Origin: an uncultured Christensenella sp.
GTDB taxonomy: Bacteria > Bacillota > Clostridia > Christensenellales > UBA1242
NCBI GenBank assembly: GCA_949294585.1
Contig: CASFHZ010000003.1
Span: forward strand, 1-33,642
Direction: 5' to 3'
Length of the DNA stretch: 33,642 nt
In this document: in pieces, positions 18,001 to 27,600 of the stretch
How positions within the stretch are numbered: position 1 is the stretch's first letter
How the letters are laid out: every line of letters begins with the position of its first letter
Translations under genes and position numbers: made by a program
Notes under the pieces: generated by a model
The model's database searches: none
What the model saw: only the letters and a program-made list of their open reading frames with translations
What the model was told of the DNA's origin: nothing

Positions 18001-21000
18001 CGTTCCATCTTGATTATACACTTCGTTATCAAGATAAACCACACAAGATGTTCCATAGTAGTTATATTTGTTTATTTCTTCATCATATCTAAATTTAACA
18101 AGTCCATTATTATATCCTGCAATACCACCAAAGTAATATGTTTCACCACCATTTGACAATTTTAGGTTAAACAATTCACCTTCTGGCATATAAACCATAA
18201 GTGTTGATGCTGGTGCATATGATTCATAATATTCGTTAATGTAACCATTTGTTGACTCCACACTTATGTTGTCAATTAATTCACCATTAACTCGCTTTTC
18301 ATTATCATAATCTTTTATTTGTTCACCGGCTTGTCTTTGATTGATGTCTGTTATAATTAAACCATTGTTTTTTCCACAAACTGCACCCAAATATGTTTGA
18401 TAATCACCACTTGCATAAACATCACTTGTTGAAAGTGTTATGCTTACATTTTTGATTACACCATTATTTTCACCACAAATTACACCAATATATGAGTGTT
18501 TTGTTGTTGAATCAATTTCTATGTGTCCTGATATTGTTAGGTTGCTTATCAAAGCATTTTGTGCAACTTTTGTGAACAAACCATAATATGATGAACCATC
18601 AACATCTTTTGAGAGTTTTATGTTTAAGTTTACAATTCCTCCAACATTTTCTGCATTGCCATTTATAACATTAACGCCTTTAATGCCACCTGTTAATTCT
18701 CCAAGAGGTTCAATTGCCTCATTTCCTGCATCAATAATTGAATCAAGAACATAGTACTTTGAAAGGTCAATCTTTTTAAATTCCTCCCAACTGCTTATGT
18801 GCAGAGGGTTGTTTTGCGTTCCATCACCAACTTTTACTTCTATGTCAAGTGAATAGTCATAGTTGCCATAATCATCAATGTATTTAGATGTTGGAACAAT
18901 GTGAAGTATTCCACTTCCTCCACCAACTCCAGAATATTTTAATTTGATATAATCGGAGTTGTATTCAAGTTGAACAACAGAAGAACTTGTATCCAACGAA
19001 GGTTCAAACCAAACAACATAATTTTTGTTTGTTGCATTGTTTGGCATAATATAAGGATACAAAATAACCTCTTTGTTTATTGAATCAAGATAAACTTGGT
19101 CCATATAATTTTCAAGCCAAACACCATCAACTTTCACATATTCTTCAACATTAATTTGAACAGTTGAATTTAGGTGTTTACCATATTCGCTTATTATTGC
19201 CTCAATTTTAAATGAGCCACTAGGTTCACCTTGTGCATCACACACGAATTTTAGTTCATTTGGATAAAAATATCCATAGGTTATTGAACCTGATTCTGTT
19301 AAAATATACGCTTTTAAACTTTCACTCCACTCATATGAAATAGAGAAATCCCACTCAACTTGATTTGCTATTTGAATAGAATCAAGTTCTTTGCCATCAA
19401 CATATAATTTGAAAGTTACTTCTGACATTAATCTATCCAAATATCCAACTGTGTTAACATCATAAACATCAACCTGGCTTGAATATTCGCCTTCCATATC
19501 TCCGGAATTTAAACCAGTAATTAAAAATGATGAAATTGGATTAAAACAAGTAACAGTAAAACTGTAATCTGTGTTGTTTACAACATCATCAACAAGTGCA
19601 AAGTTTTCTATTTTCTTTGTGTTTAATGTAACAGTAATGGTATATACATTGTCATCTGCAACAAGTGCCTTAATTCTGTTGTTGTTGCCAACTTGTATAA
19701 CATCGTTGTTTTCACTAACCAATGAAAAACTGTACATATCATCATCTATTAAATCGAAATCTATGTTAGATGACACTTCAAACTCTGCATTAATACCTCT
19801 AAGTGCAACGGAGTTTAATGTTTCTTGTTCCAAAACATTTTTATATGTAACTTCTGCAACTGCATCGGAATTAACAGAAGATATATAAAGCATAAAATCA
19901 CTTATGTTTAACTCTTCTTTAACAACAATTTTTATTCTTGTTGAAATTCCACTTGACAAAATTAATGTGTAATTTGCAGTGCCCACTTTTAGTGCTTTTA
20001 TCTTTAATTTTGCAACATTATCTGCAACTTGACTAACTTCAACATAGCCACTGTTTAAAAAGTCTGGAATTGCTGTTATTTTGCCAATGTACGCATCAGG
20101 TTCAACAACAACAAATCCATCAAACTCAACCTCATCTCCATTTTTTAAGTAAATGGTTGAGTTTTGATATTTATCAGAATCAACATAGAAATTTGTTGCA
20201 CTCTTGTGAACAACAACCTTTATTTCATTATAAACAGGCTTTTCGGTTAGTTGTGATATGCATTCAAATCTTATGCAAATATAGTCACCAACACTTGCTG
20301 GCATAACTGCTCTACCATAATAAACAACTGGTATTGACAAATTGTCAATTTCTTGTTCGTTTTGTATTTCAACACCATTGTATGTAACGCATATGTATTG
20401 TTTTATTGTTTCATAATCAACATTTGTATATGTTGTTTCAAGTGTTGAAGGGTTTGTTTTTGCAATTAAAAAACTAATTTTAATTGTATCATATGTTGCA
20501 TTGCTTGGGTCAACTGACAACAAAACTTCTTTTTTTGTTGAATCAAGTTGATTGTCAAACAAATCAACAATTTCATCATATTCTTTTTGTCCGTTTATTT
20601 TTATATTTTGTGGAACTGTAAACATCTCCACTCTGTAACTTAAATCAACATAATATGCATCGTAATCTTTATAAGAAACTCTTATTATTAAGTTATCACT
20701 TGTGATATTTTTCAAATTATTGTGTTGAATATCTATAAAAATTGTATTTTCATAATCCGATGATTGATATGTTTCAATATAAAGTGCATTTTTTTCTGAC
20801 AACACTTCATATTGGTAAATGGAATTTGCCTGATATGAAAATGTTAATGTCTTTTTAAACTCATTTTCATCATTTGTTAAAATTTGAATATAACTATCTG
20901 GATTTTCTTCAACTGTTTGCAACACATTGTCATCCAAACTAAGAGATGTATCAACTAAAGTTATTTTGTTTAGCACTTTAACTTGAAAATTTACATTTAA

Positions 21001-21594
21001 GTTTGGATTAAACACACTTGTAGCTGTTATTGTAACAACATCTGGTGAATCTTGTGTTGCCACAAATGTGTTGTTATCCAAAACATTTTCTTCATAACTA
21101 AATGTTAGTTGTTTTTGAGAAGAAATTACATTTGACATTGGATAAAAATTAAACATATCACTTGAAAATGTAATGCTTTCTCCCCTTAAAACATACAATG
21201 ACAAATCAGTTTTTAACGCAAACGAATTAATTGGCTCATAAATATCAACGGGAATTAACAATGTTTTATTTCCCTGCAAGAGTGTAATAGTTAGTGTTGT
21301 GCTACCACTCATTAAAGATTTTACCTTTATTCTAAAAGTTCCATCTCCCAAGTTTTCTATTTGTGTTTTGTCTATTTGTGCAATGTTTTTATCAAAGTTA
21401 AAGTCAAAGTCAATTTGTGTTTCAAAATAGTTTTCAACAGAAATATCATAAGTTTGTTCTTCACCCAAACTTAATTCAATGCTGTCGCTTGAAAAATGGA
21501 GTGCGAATTTGCTAAAATCCTCACCACAGCCAACAAACATTACTGTGCATAATGTAATTATAAATAAATTAACCATTAATAAAAATTTTTTCAT
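12019..21594 (-). CDS. Giant surface lipoprotein (3191 aa) with Ig-like (Big_2-like) repeats and three GLUG-motif beta-helix modules
   Basis: Signal MKKFLL...MFVGC (Cys23). Ig-like signatures VDPSNAT, IMPNNATNK, IKALKVGTANYTL. Module caps GDGTQNNPLHI, TSEESAFPIY, EGSIYNPIII, and many VGGxVG/GGIAG repeats. RBS GGAG/AAAGGA at 21606-21597. Confidence 0.9.
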   Translation of the reverse strand: MKKFLLMVNLFIITLCTVMFVGCGEDFSKFALHFSSDSIELSLGEEQTYDISVENYFETQIDFDFNFDKNIAQIDKTQIENLGDGTFRIKVKSLMSGSTTLTITLLQGNKTLLIPVDIYEPINSFALKTDLSLYVLRGESITFSSDMFNFYPMSNVISSQKQLTFSYEENVLDNNTFVATQDSPDVVTITATSVFNPNLNVNFQVKVLNKITLVDTSLSLDDNVLQTVEENPDSYIQILTNDENEFKKTLTFSYQANSIYQYEVLSEKNALYIETYQSSDYENTIFIDIQHNNLKNITSDNLIIRVSYKDYDAYYVDLSYRVEMFTVPQNIKINGQKEYDEIVDLFDNQLDSTKKEVLLSVDPSNATYDTIKISFLIAKTNPSTLETTYTNVDYETIKQYICVTYNGVEIQNEQEIDNLSIPVVYYGRAVMPASVGDYICIRFECISQLTEKPVYNEIKVVVHKSATNFYVDSDKYQNSTIYLKNGDEVEFDGFVVVEPDAYIGKITAIPDFLNSGYVEVSQVADNVAKLKIKALKVGTANYTLILSSGISTRIKIVVKEELNISDFMLYISSVNSDAVAEVTYKNVLEQETLNSVALRGINAEFEVSSNIDFDLIDDDMYSFSLVSENNDVIQVGNNNRIKALVADDNVYTITVTLNTKKIENFALVDDVVNNTDYSFTVTCFNPISSFLITGLNSGDMEGEYSSQVDVYDVNTVGYLDRLMSEVTFKLYVDGKELDSIQIANQVEWDFSISYEWSESLKAYILTESGSITYGYFYPNELKFVCDAQGEPSGSFKIEAIISEYGKHLNSTVQINVEEYVKVDGVWLENYMDQVYLDSINKEVILYPYIMPNNATNKNYVVWFEPSLDTSSSVVQLEYNSDYIKLKYSGVGGGSGILHIVPTSKYIDDYGNYDYSLDIEVKVGDGTQNNPLHISSWEEFKKIDLSKYYVLDSIIDAGNEAIEPLGELTGGIKGVNVINGNAENVGGIVNLNIKLSKDVDGSSYYGLFTKVAQNALISNLTISGHIEIDSTTKHSYIGVICGENNGVIKNVSITLSTSDVYASGDYQTYLGAVCGKNNGLIITDINQRQAGEQIKDYDNEKRVNGELIDNISVESTNGYINEYYESYAPASTLMVYMPEGELFNLKLSNGGETYYFGGIAGYNNGLVKFRYDEEINKYNYYGTSCVVYLDNEVYNQDGTVVNNSINASYVGGAVGYNENGNIVNLLVSGIVDIGSKDNVGGLVGAIENGKILNNTARVFVRGKDYVAGLVGQVSAGVIEDNKVQAIDTRTKIGEDASLIISNFGTKYDAILNAKNTSTPTYTENIAETYFKRTVVTYGTAMNLANYYGDIVQIETKEGGLSYTGKQFDNGSNIQTLDSLFNIEKYPNKTIVLMYYKAVDSTKQTYIEKYNTQNLPSDIFDDNVEVSMQSSATSVISISAQGQLVLNSTGYVEITITSLLNYDDKITLRVIVTNYISGLELYTTPDRIGTSILQTDVISLSNRNSFSVYPKFQSEFSAGNTIIETVENQNVKLEIVGNDYVKITQSGSSIILTGNGSSNSEQEKIEYYIYLNVAENDKRYLTKVNGDYVFVTEKDQSNFELTMKYTQGIYSISLDKINVTVVPSDTIKLRVEYYTDDVNDVLSLYVSYKETGEYITDNSTIQYYFNITKSNASLVSGESNKYYIDYVISMNTDNRIRTGEYQFIFSGSDGMAIKVLNVNYLSQPLTSVIVKNYSFADNENIVIGSTPEGNVIYNTSYTMQETDTITAGEVNILRTVVMPEFADYSYIEITNADSNIQSGKIVLFGLLQEYQNADQAIVSSEGYFTANGIRVLKSSIKGGDLKVLYRLATNVVEGDSVTLNINFYNENGEIVYSQQQKVLTIAINKTIDVSISNKEAKDETSTSKSYYVARGYSYALNVSSVGYNENEIVIECNSPYGTITKENGIYYLQISDSINYISNQEGVDFTITYYGRRVVNGQTVESSKKFIVCTVVEYVLESLDIKELFSDNNLVLSVKNAVDIRDYMIDKLEIEHSSNAQNAVEQLKQSLKENATFYYKVSDTYEFLTSTTTLDNQYVTIKENFEVIPNYVGENLFQFGISATLQYSGGYIKVVNEQYEDVDITKIKEFNVVVNQRTSEESAFPIYDLEDLLNMSAGNYYVLMDDIVIPSNFNPIDVDIKKLDGNNNKIIFTGNYGNYQNVNQFGLFKQIYQDTVIENLIIDIQGNGTVMMEFNNLTSTSPLIFGLLTAQNNGTITNCMVTMSNLNTALKVTNSASISATNTSYVSGFVGTNNGYITNCRVSVKIESSGANLAGFVAVNNGHVSSSYVTNSLIRNSSTNVNNSTGGFVTINNGKIILSYIEGKYSEGVIYMYADDGDYIVRASSIAGAFAYSNSGEISDSYANIPVISSSRNSGFVCINDGQISRCYTTSKLGDKDTENYPFFITNSTDAIIEHCYFLKDTNFNVNINQSNDNLSSDVLRATTLAEFATGYVVENNIIQNEKLFSEFIINTNGDKNKGVWFYPTDNDSKTYNVSDTINPSEFEYSKYIACESYVYNGTVQQFVANRPQLVSANLLAYSKVEIDTSNVNEETGEIIYTYKPIESIYASEGSIYNPIIIYSATQLEAEIINGSYKDENSLNYRIVRDIDYSSEGVVVSNLYRTVITGYIEGNGLKISGFSINTNESLYSGGFFAQIGNSSTYATIQNLTFVPKYINLPNAYNVGTVAGTVQRAYVYNITVDGYSQNSDGIVILGRDIVGGVFGITNSAFDIQNISSSASANAYLTYMGSDWTSESAQNEILYEEIGGDNSKVAYSGGVIGYVGGQGKLQRVSINSEVASIGMVSGLMFGGIGRNVEVSDITLMPIYSDKNFVRASAYGGLIAGDVRGKLTNVVVEQGEDVEGYDLFKLEPRIPIAIGGIAGIVRNGTISNCTIYENVVVDKSLTVKVVGGIAGKVLQSATFENCYVYGDVQARQAVGAVVGELVANQTANVNVIMSNIIVGSTDSYVTLQLNKPATDTSTIDVYVGGLIGVISGYNTDGEALENNKLSFKDIKLYTNLTSKTISVYGTSGIDADSINYNVWAGGLIGGYENVASSSYWASKITLSSSQSTNKIDIYTNINLTISNLRNGLDDNGIAKEFNTYLSWLNYKGLNTENINFDDNLNYDILINGKAFSFNSQTPDKCYGYINVQTQGVVMTN

Positions 21595-21624
21595 TTTCCT
21601 TTCTCCATTTTTCTTGCTTAAAAC

Positions 21625-24600
21625 CTAATTTGCTCCAAATGTTAAGTCTATTCTAGTTCCATTAACATCATACTCACTTATAATATAACATACTTGTTCA
21701 TTGTCGCTATATTGATAATTTTGATTTTGAGTAAATGTATCATTTTGACTTGGAATATATTGAACTAACACACCATCAACAGATGTAATTCTTGTAGTTA
21801 AAATTTTATTTTCATCATTATATACACCTTCTGTTGTGCTAAATTTTTGAATAATTGTATCTTTTATTGTAATTATACCATTAACAACTGCAATTTCTCT
21901 TGTTAGAGTTGTTTGAGTGTAAATTGTTGTATCATTAACAACATCACTAGTTTCAACTGTAATTGTCAATGGTTCGGTTGTTGCACTTGCTTGAACTTCT
22001 TTTCTAACAAAAATGTATTCTCTAACAACAATATCAGTTTCTGCTTTTATTGTTGCATCGTTGTATAAAAGGTACCCATTCACAACAACACCACCCAAAC
22101 TGTATTCGGTGTAATCATCCAATTTTTTAACATTTAATGAACCAACAATTTCGTATCCATCAAGTGTGAAATACATTGTTTTATTGTCAACATTTATGTT
22201 TACTTTTACAGCATAACTATTGTTAAATGGCAACAACTCAACAACACTTGCTTCACAACCATTGTTTGAACTTGAATACTTAATTGTTATAAATTTACCT
22301 GTTTCATCAATTTTAAATTTAAACAAATAATCATATCCGCCATTACTTGAAACCATTTGTGTGTAGTTGTACTTAATGAATGTCTTTTCAATTGTAGCAT
22401 CATATACATCTTTAACAGTGATAAATGTTGTGCCCATATTATAAACAAAACCAGAGTCTATATCAAATCTAATTGTTGTATTGCCTATTAGTTTTATTAC
22501 AACACAATCAACCACACTATCAACAAGTTCTCTGTTTATGCTAGCAATTGTTGTTCCTGTTGTTATTAAGAGCGAATTAAAGAGGTCAACATCACTCTTT
22601 GTTAAAGCTCCATTTTCTTCAACAAATAAACTAAATTTTGAACTGCTCGCATCAATAACAGCTTTGTTTTCATCAAGCATATCAAATTCTTCATTGTTGC
22701 CAATTGCATTGTATTGATATAGATATACCGAATTATTTTCATTAAACAATTCCAAAACTCTAATCATTGTTAAATCAGTGTAAATTCCCACCAATTCTTT
22801 TTCATTGTCACTTGTTGAAATTGATATGTATGTTTCACCTATATCAAGTTCTTGTTTTAACTCAAATTTTGCATATCTGTTAAAACTCATACCAATTTCA
22901 TCAACATTTTCAAACAGGTTCTTAATTGTTACTGTTTGTGTTTCATTTTTTATTGTGATTGAGTTAGTTGGTATATTTTCAATTATTGTATAGGTATTTT
23001 CACCTAATGTAATTGTATATTGCATTTCACTTATAACAAGTTTTCCGTTTAAGATATCAACAACAAAATAAACACTGTTATTTTTTGAATTTTCAATTCT
23101 TAATGAATTTCCTTGAACTGATATTGAATATGTGCCTTCAAGAACAAATGGCATATCATTATTTCCATAAGTAAATGTTAAATATGTGTAATTATCATTA
23201 TCTGCATATTGCACACTTGCTTTGTTGCCATCTGGGCCAAAGGTTAATGTTTGAACATCGACAAGTCTAAATGTATCTTCTGTTGTTGAAGTTTTTTCAA
23301 GAATATATTGCAATATTTTTCCATCACTTGTAAATACATAAGCTTCAAAAACTTCGCTGAATAATGATGTTTCATAACTGTAATTTAATCTGTTAGAAAC
23401 AACAATATAGTTTCCACTAAGCCCTTCAACAACTGCATTGTTCACAACATTTGCCTTAGCAGAATTGTTGTAACTTAAAGTAATTTCGTTTACAACTTCT
23501 TCATTTGTTTGAACTTCACTTTCATATGAAATATCAAATATAAATCTATTAGAAGTTATGCTTTCTAGTGTAATTGTGTATGTTTGTGTTGTTAATTCTT
23601 GCTTTTTGTTAATTTCTCCACTTGAATTTATTTCATAATTTATTGTTGTTAAATCAACTTTTATTTCTTCACTAAATTCATTTGTTTCAGAAATTTCGTT
23701 TAGTGGCAATAGGTCATTTGAAAATTCAATAATTGTTTCAGAAATTGGGAAGAAGAAATTATTTCTGCTTGAATTTGGACTTATTTGCTCAGATGATAAG
23801 TAATATATTTTTCCTAAATACAATGTCTTTGAATTAGATGTAATGAAAATATAATCAGTGTAATTATATAGTCCCTCTTCATTTGTTTCACAAGATATTA
23901 TATAAGGTTTATATACTGCATCTAAAACATTAATTTCATTACCCTCAATTGTTTTTAAATTTACTTCAATCTTTTCAGAAGTTTCATATGATGTCAATTG
24001 AATTTTATTTTCGCCATATACAACATAAACATTTTCTATTGTTTTGTTTTCCAAATTATCAAGATTAAGTGATTTTATGTTGTTGTTATTTGTTAACTTC
24101 CAACCATTATTATCTGTTAAACCATTGAATGTAATAATATCAATGCTTGTGCTAATATCATTTTTTATACAATTAACAGTTAAACTGTAACCATTTGAAT
24201 TATCAGAAGTGATATTTTTATATTCAAATGTATCTATTTTATCTTGTGAATTTACAGATATGCTTCCACCATTAGAAGAAATTTGAACATCTGTTGAATC
24301 TGTTTGAGATATTATCATATTTAGGTCAATTCTCTGACTTCCATTTGAATCAATATACAAATCAGATTCAGTTAATGGAGTAACAGTTGAAGCATTAATT
24401 CCAAGTGGATAGAAATTAGATGTTCTGTTTGCTAGTGGATAAGCCTGATATTTATACAAGTTGTATATCAAATCAGAAGATGAGTATTTAAAGCCAGTAA
24501 CATATTCCATTTTTACATCGTTAACAAGGTTATAATCATTGTTGTCAATAGTTCCTGTGATTATTATCTTATAAACTCTTTCTTCATAATTATATAGATA

Positions 24601-27600
24601 TGTTTCATCTTCTTGTGTAGAAATAGTTTCCTTTATAACAAATAACAAATACTCCTTTTGGAAGTTATACATTGTAGAAAGTTTGCCATCTACATAAGAA
24701 TTTTCAATATTTTTGTTAATTTGAGCTTTAAATTCATACAAATCAATTTTTAATATGTCTGTGTAATCTGTTTTGATATTACCGTTATTATCCTTATATT
24801 TACCATAACCTTCGGTGTAAACAATTTGTTTTGAACTTGTTAGTAGTTCATTATAGTTATTATTTAGCTGATTTTCTGTTGAGATAGAAGATTCATAGTT
24901 AGGATTTGCAATAGATAGTGGTTTTGTGTTTGTTTCGCAATTTTCAATTAAGAATGCATTTGCATCAACATTATTTGCAACACAAGAAGATGCATAAGCA
25001 CTATTTGGATAAACACTTCCACCAATTCCAGATAAAATGTAAACTTTTTGTCCAGAAACATTAGATTGAATTGTAACATTTGTCATTGAAACATTTTCTT
25101 CGTTAAATGTTTGAGCAAAGGCGAATAACCCTGCTGAATATGTTGCACTTTGTGGATTGCTTGTTTTTGCTGAGATTAGTGATAAACCAACATTAACTTC
25201 GTTTAAGCTTATCTTTTTATCTCCTTGATTTAAGTGTCCAACAACCCCACCAGTTTTTATGATTAAGTTATTAGATTCAACATCAATTATTCCATTGTTA
25301 ACATTAACATTGCTTAAAATTAAGTCTGTTTGGTCAACATAACCAATAACTCCACCAACAACTGAATTTAATGAATTTGTTGTAGTGATTGCAAAATCAC
25401 TTGTTTCAAAAGAGTCTCTAGCAATTTCAACATTAGTTAAAGTAACATCTGAATTTGCTACTTTCCCTATTATTCCACCAATAGCATTGTTTTCATTTGA
25501 AACACTTGTTGAAGAAGCTATTAACTCTATATTAATTTTTTCAATTGTTAAATTATTGATGTTTACACTGCAATTATTGCTTACATTTGCAATAACTCCA
25601 CCTATGTTTGACACAGCTTTTGATATTGTTCTATTTCCAAAATTATCAACTTTATAGTCTTTATAATAGAAGTATAAAGCAACCTCATCGGTTATGTTAA
25701 TTTTACCATTTTCAACAACTGTTCCAACAACACCACCAACATTAATATTGTTTGTTGTGTAAATTTCAAAATCACTGCTATAAGACATTGTTATATTTTC
25801 CATTGTCAATGATTTTACATATCCAAATAGTCCCAAAGATGTTTCATCTGATGTATTGCTGTAAGATAATTTAATGTTGCTTAGTTGTGTTGTTTGGTCT
25901 GTGTGTGAAGTTGTACCAACAAAACTTCCATTAAATGGACTTGAAACTGTACCAATAGGTGTAATTGCAGAATTAAATGAAATATCATTTAACACTTTAA
26001 CTGTGTAGCCACCTTTAATTAAACTGTTGCATAGTTTATGGAATTTTTCAGTATTAATTGCATTGACTTCTATTCCATAAGATTGAATATATTCTCTTAT
26101 TGCAGAGTTATTAATAAGACTATCTTTGTCAACAATCAAACCATTTTCATCTGTTGGAATTATTGGAACTAGGTCATTAATTAATGACGTCATTGTTCTA
26201 AAATCTTTTTGAGCACTGTATCCTTCGCCATTTTGTGAGCCAATATTAATAATTGCGTTGTCATCATCGTCAAAAGATATGTTGCTATTTAGCATACTAT
26301 CTAATGATGTTTTTGCTATTTCTTCTGATGTAGTTAAAATCCATTCACCATTGTATTGCGACCAGTTGTCACCCAAATCTTCTTTTTCAATGTCATCGCT
26401 TGTAACTGCTTTTGTGTAATTTTTGTAATCAAAAGAACCAAAGCCAGTGTTGTAAACTAATCCATAAGTTTTAAACACATTTGATATAACCTCTTCGCCA
26501 TCTTTTATAGTAGTTGCAACACTATTGTCCATAATTCCATATTGAGAAGAACCATTAATTTCAATTTCATAAACAGATGAAATTGTATCTTCATTGCCAC
26601 TATATACAGAGTATGCATTTACTTTTGTTGCACCTTCTCTACCCAAACCAATACTGTCAAAATAGATGTCATCTACATACAAAAGTTTAGAGCTTTCTTG
26701 TGAATAAATATATTTTCCATCATCAGTTTTATTTAATCCCATCCAACTATTGCCAGTAAACATAGTTAATAGTGATTTTTGTTTATCAACATAGTTTGGA
26801 GTTCCTGCAATTTGGTGGTCTTTACCTTCACTGTTTCCTTCAAGTATATAACCTATCTTTTTACCTCCAGTTATAACTTCAATCAATCTACTAAATACTT
26901 CTGCTATGTTTTTCGGAGCATCTATTGTTCCCCAAACTTGACAATCGTTAAAATATTGTTCATAAACATCTTTATAATTTGTGTTTTCAAAATAATATTC
27001 AGGAATTTCAATGGAACGAGATAATATCTTTATTGATACAAATGCCATAGCCAAACCACTAGCCATAATACTAGTTGCAAATACACTGATGATTGGGAAA
27101 ACGGTTCCACTAATCAACAATGGTGCAAGTGATGCAACAACTGTTGCTACTACAGCCATACTAATCTGCAATCTGTTGTTTAATTCTGTTCCATCAACTT
27201 CCAAATAAGCATATGGACTTCTTGCGTTTATTCCACCAGTAACTTGTGAATAGTTAATGCAAGAATTTACGCTTTGATATTGGTTTGCAATACCTGCAGA
27301 ATATGCTTGTTGCTTAGATTGTCTTAAGAATAGTTTTGAATATCCTTCTTCGTTTCCATTAACATAAACATTTGGCAAATGATTCATTCCTTGTTGTTGG
27401 TCAAAACCATCTCCAACAGGTTCAAATTGATATTTTGCATATGATGTAATAGACATTGCTTTATTGTAACAGTTTGTTATATTCCCACCATATCCACTTA
27501 TACCACCTGCATATGTAGTTATAAATGAGATTTGATTACCTACCACTAAATTAGCATATTCTGTTAAATAACAATTGTCTATTAAAGTTGTTGCATCTTG

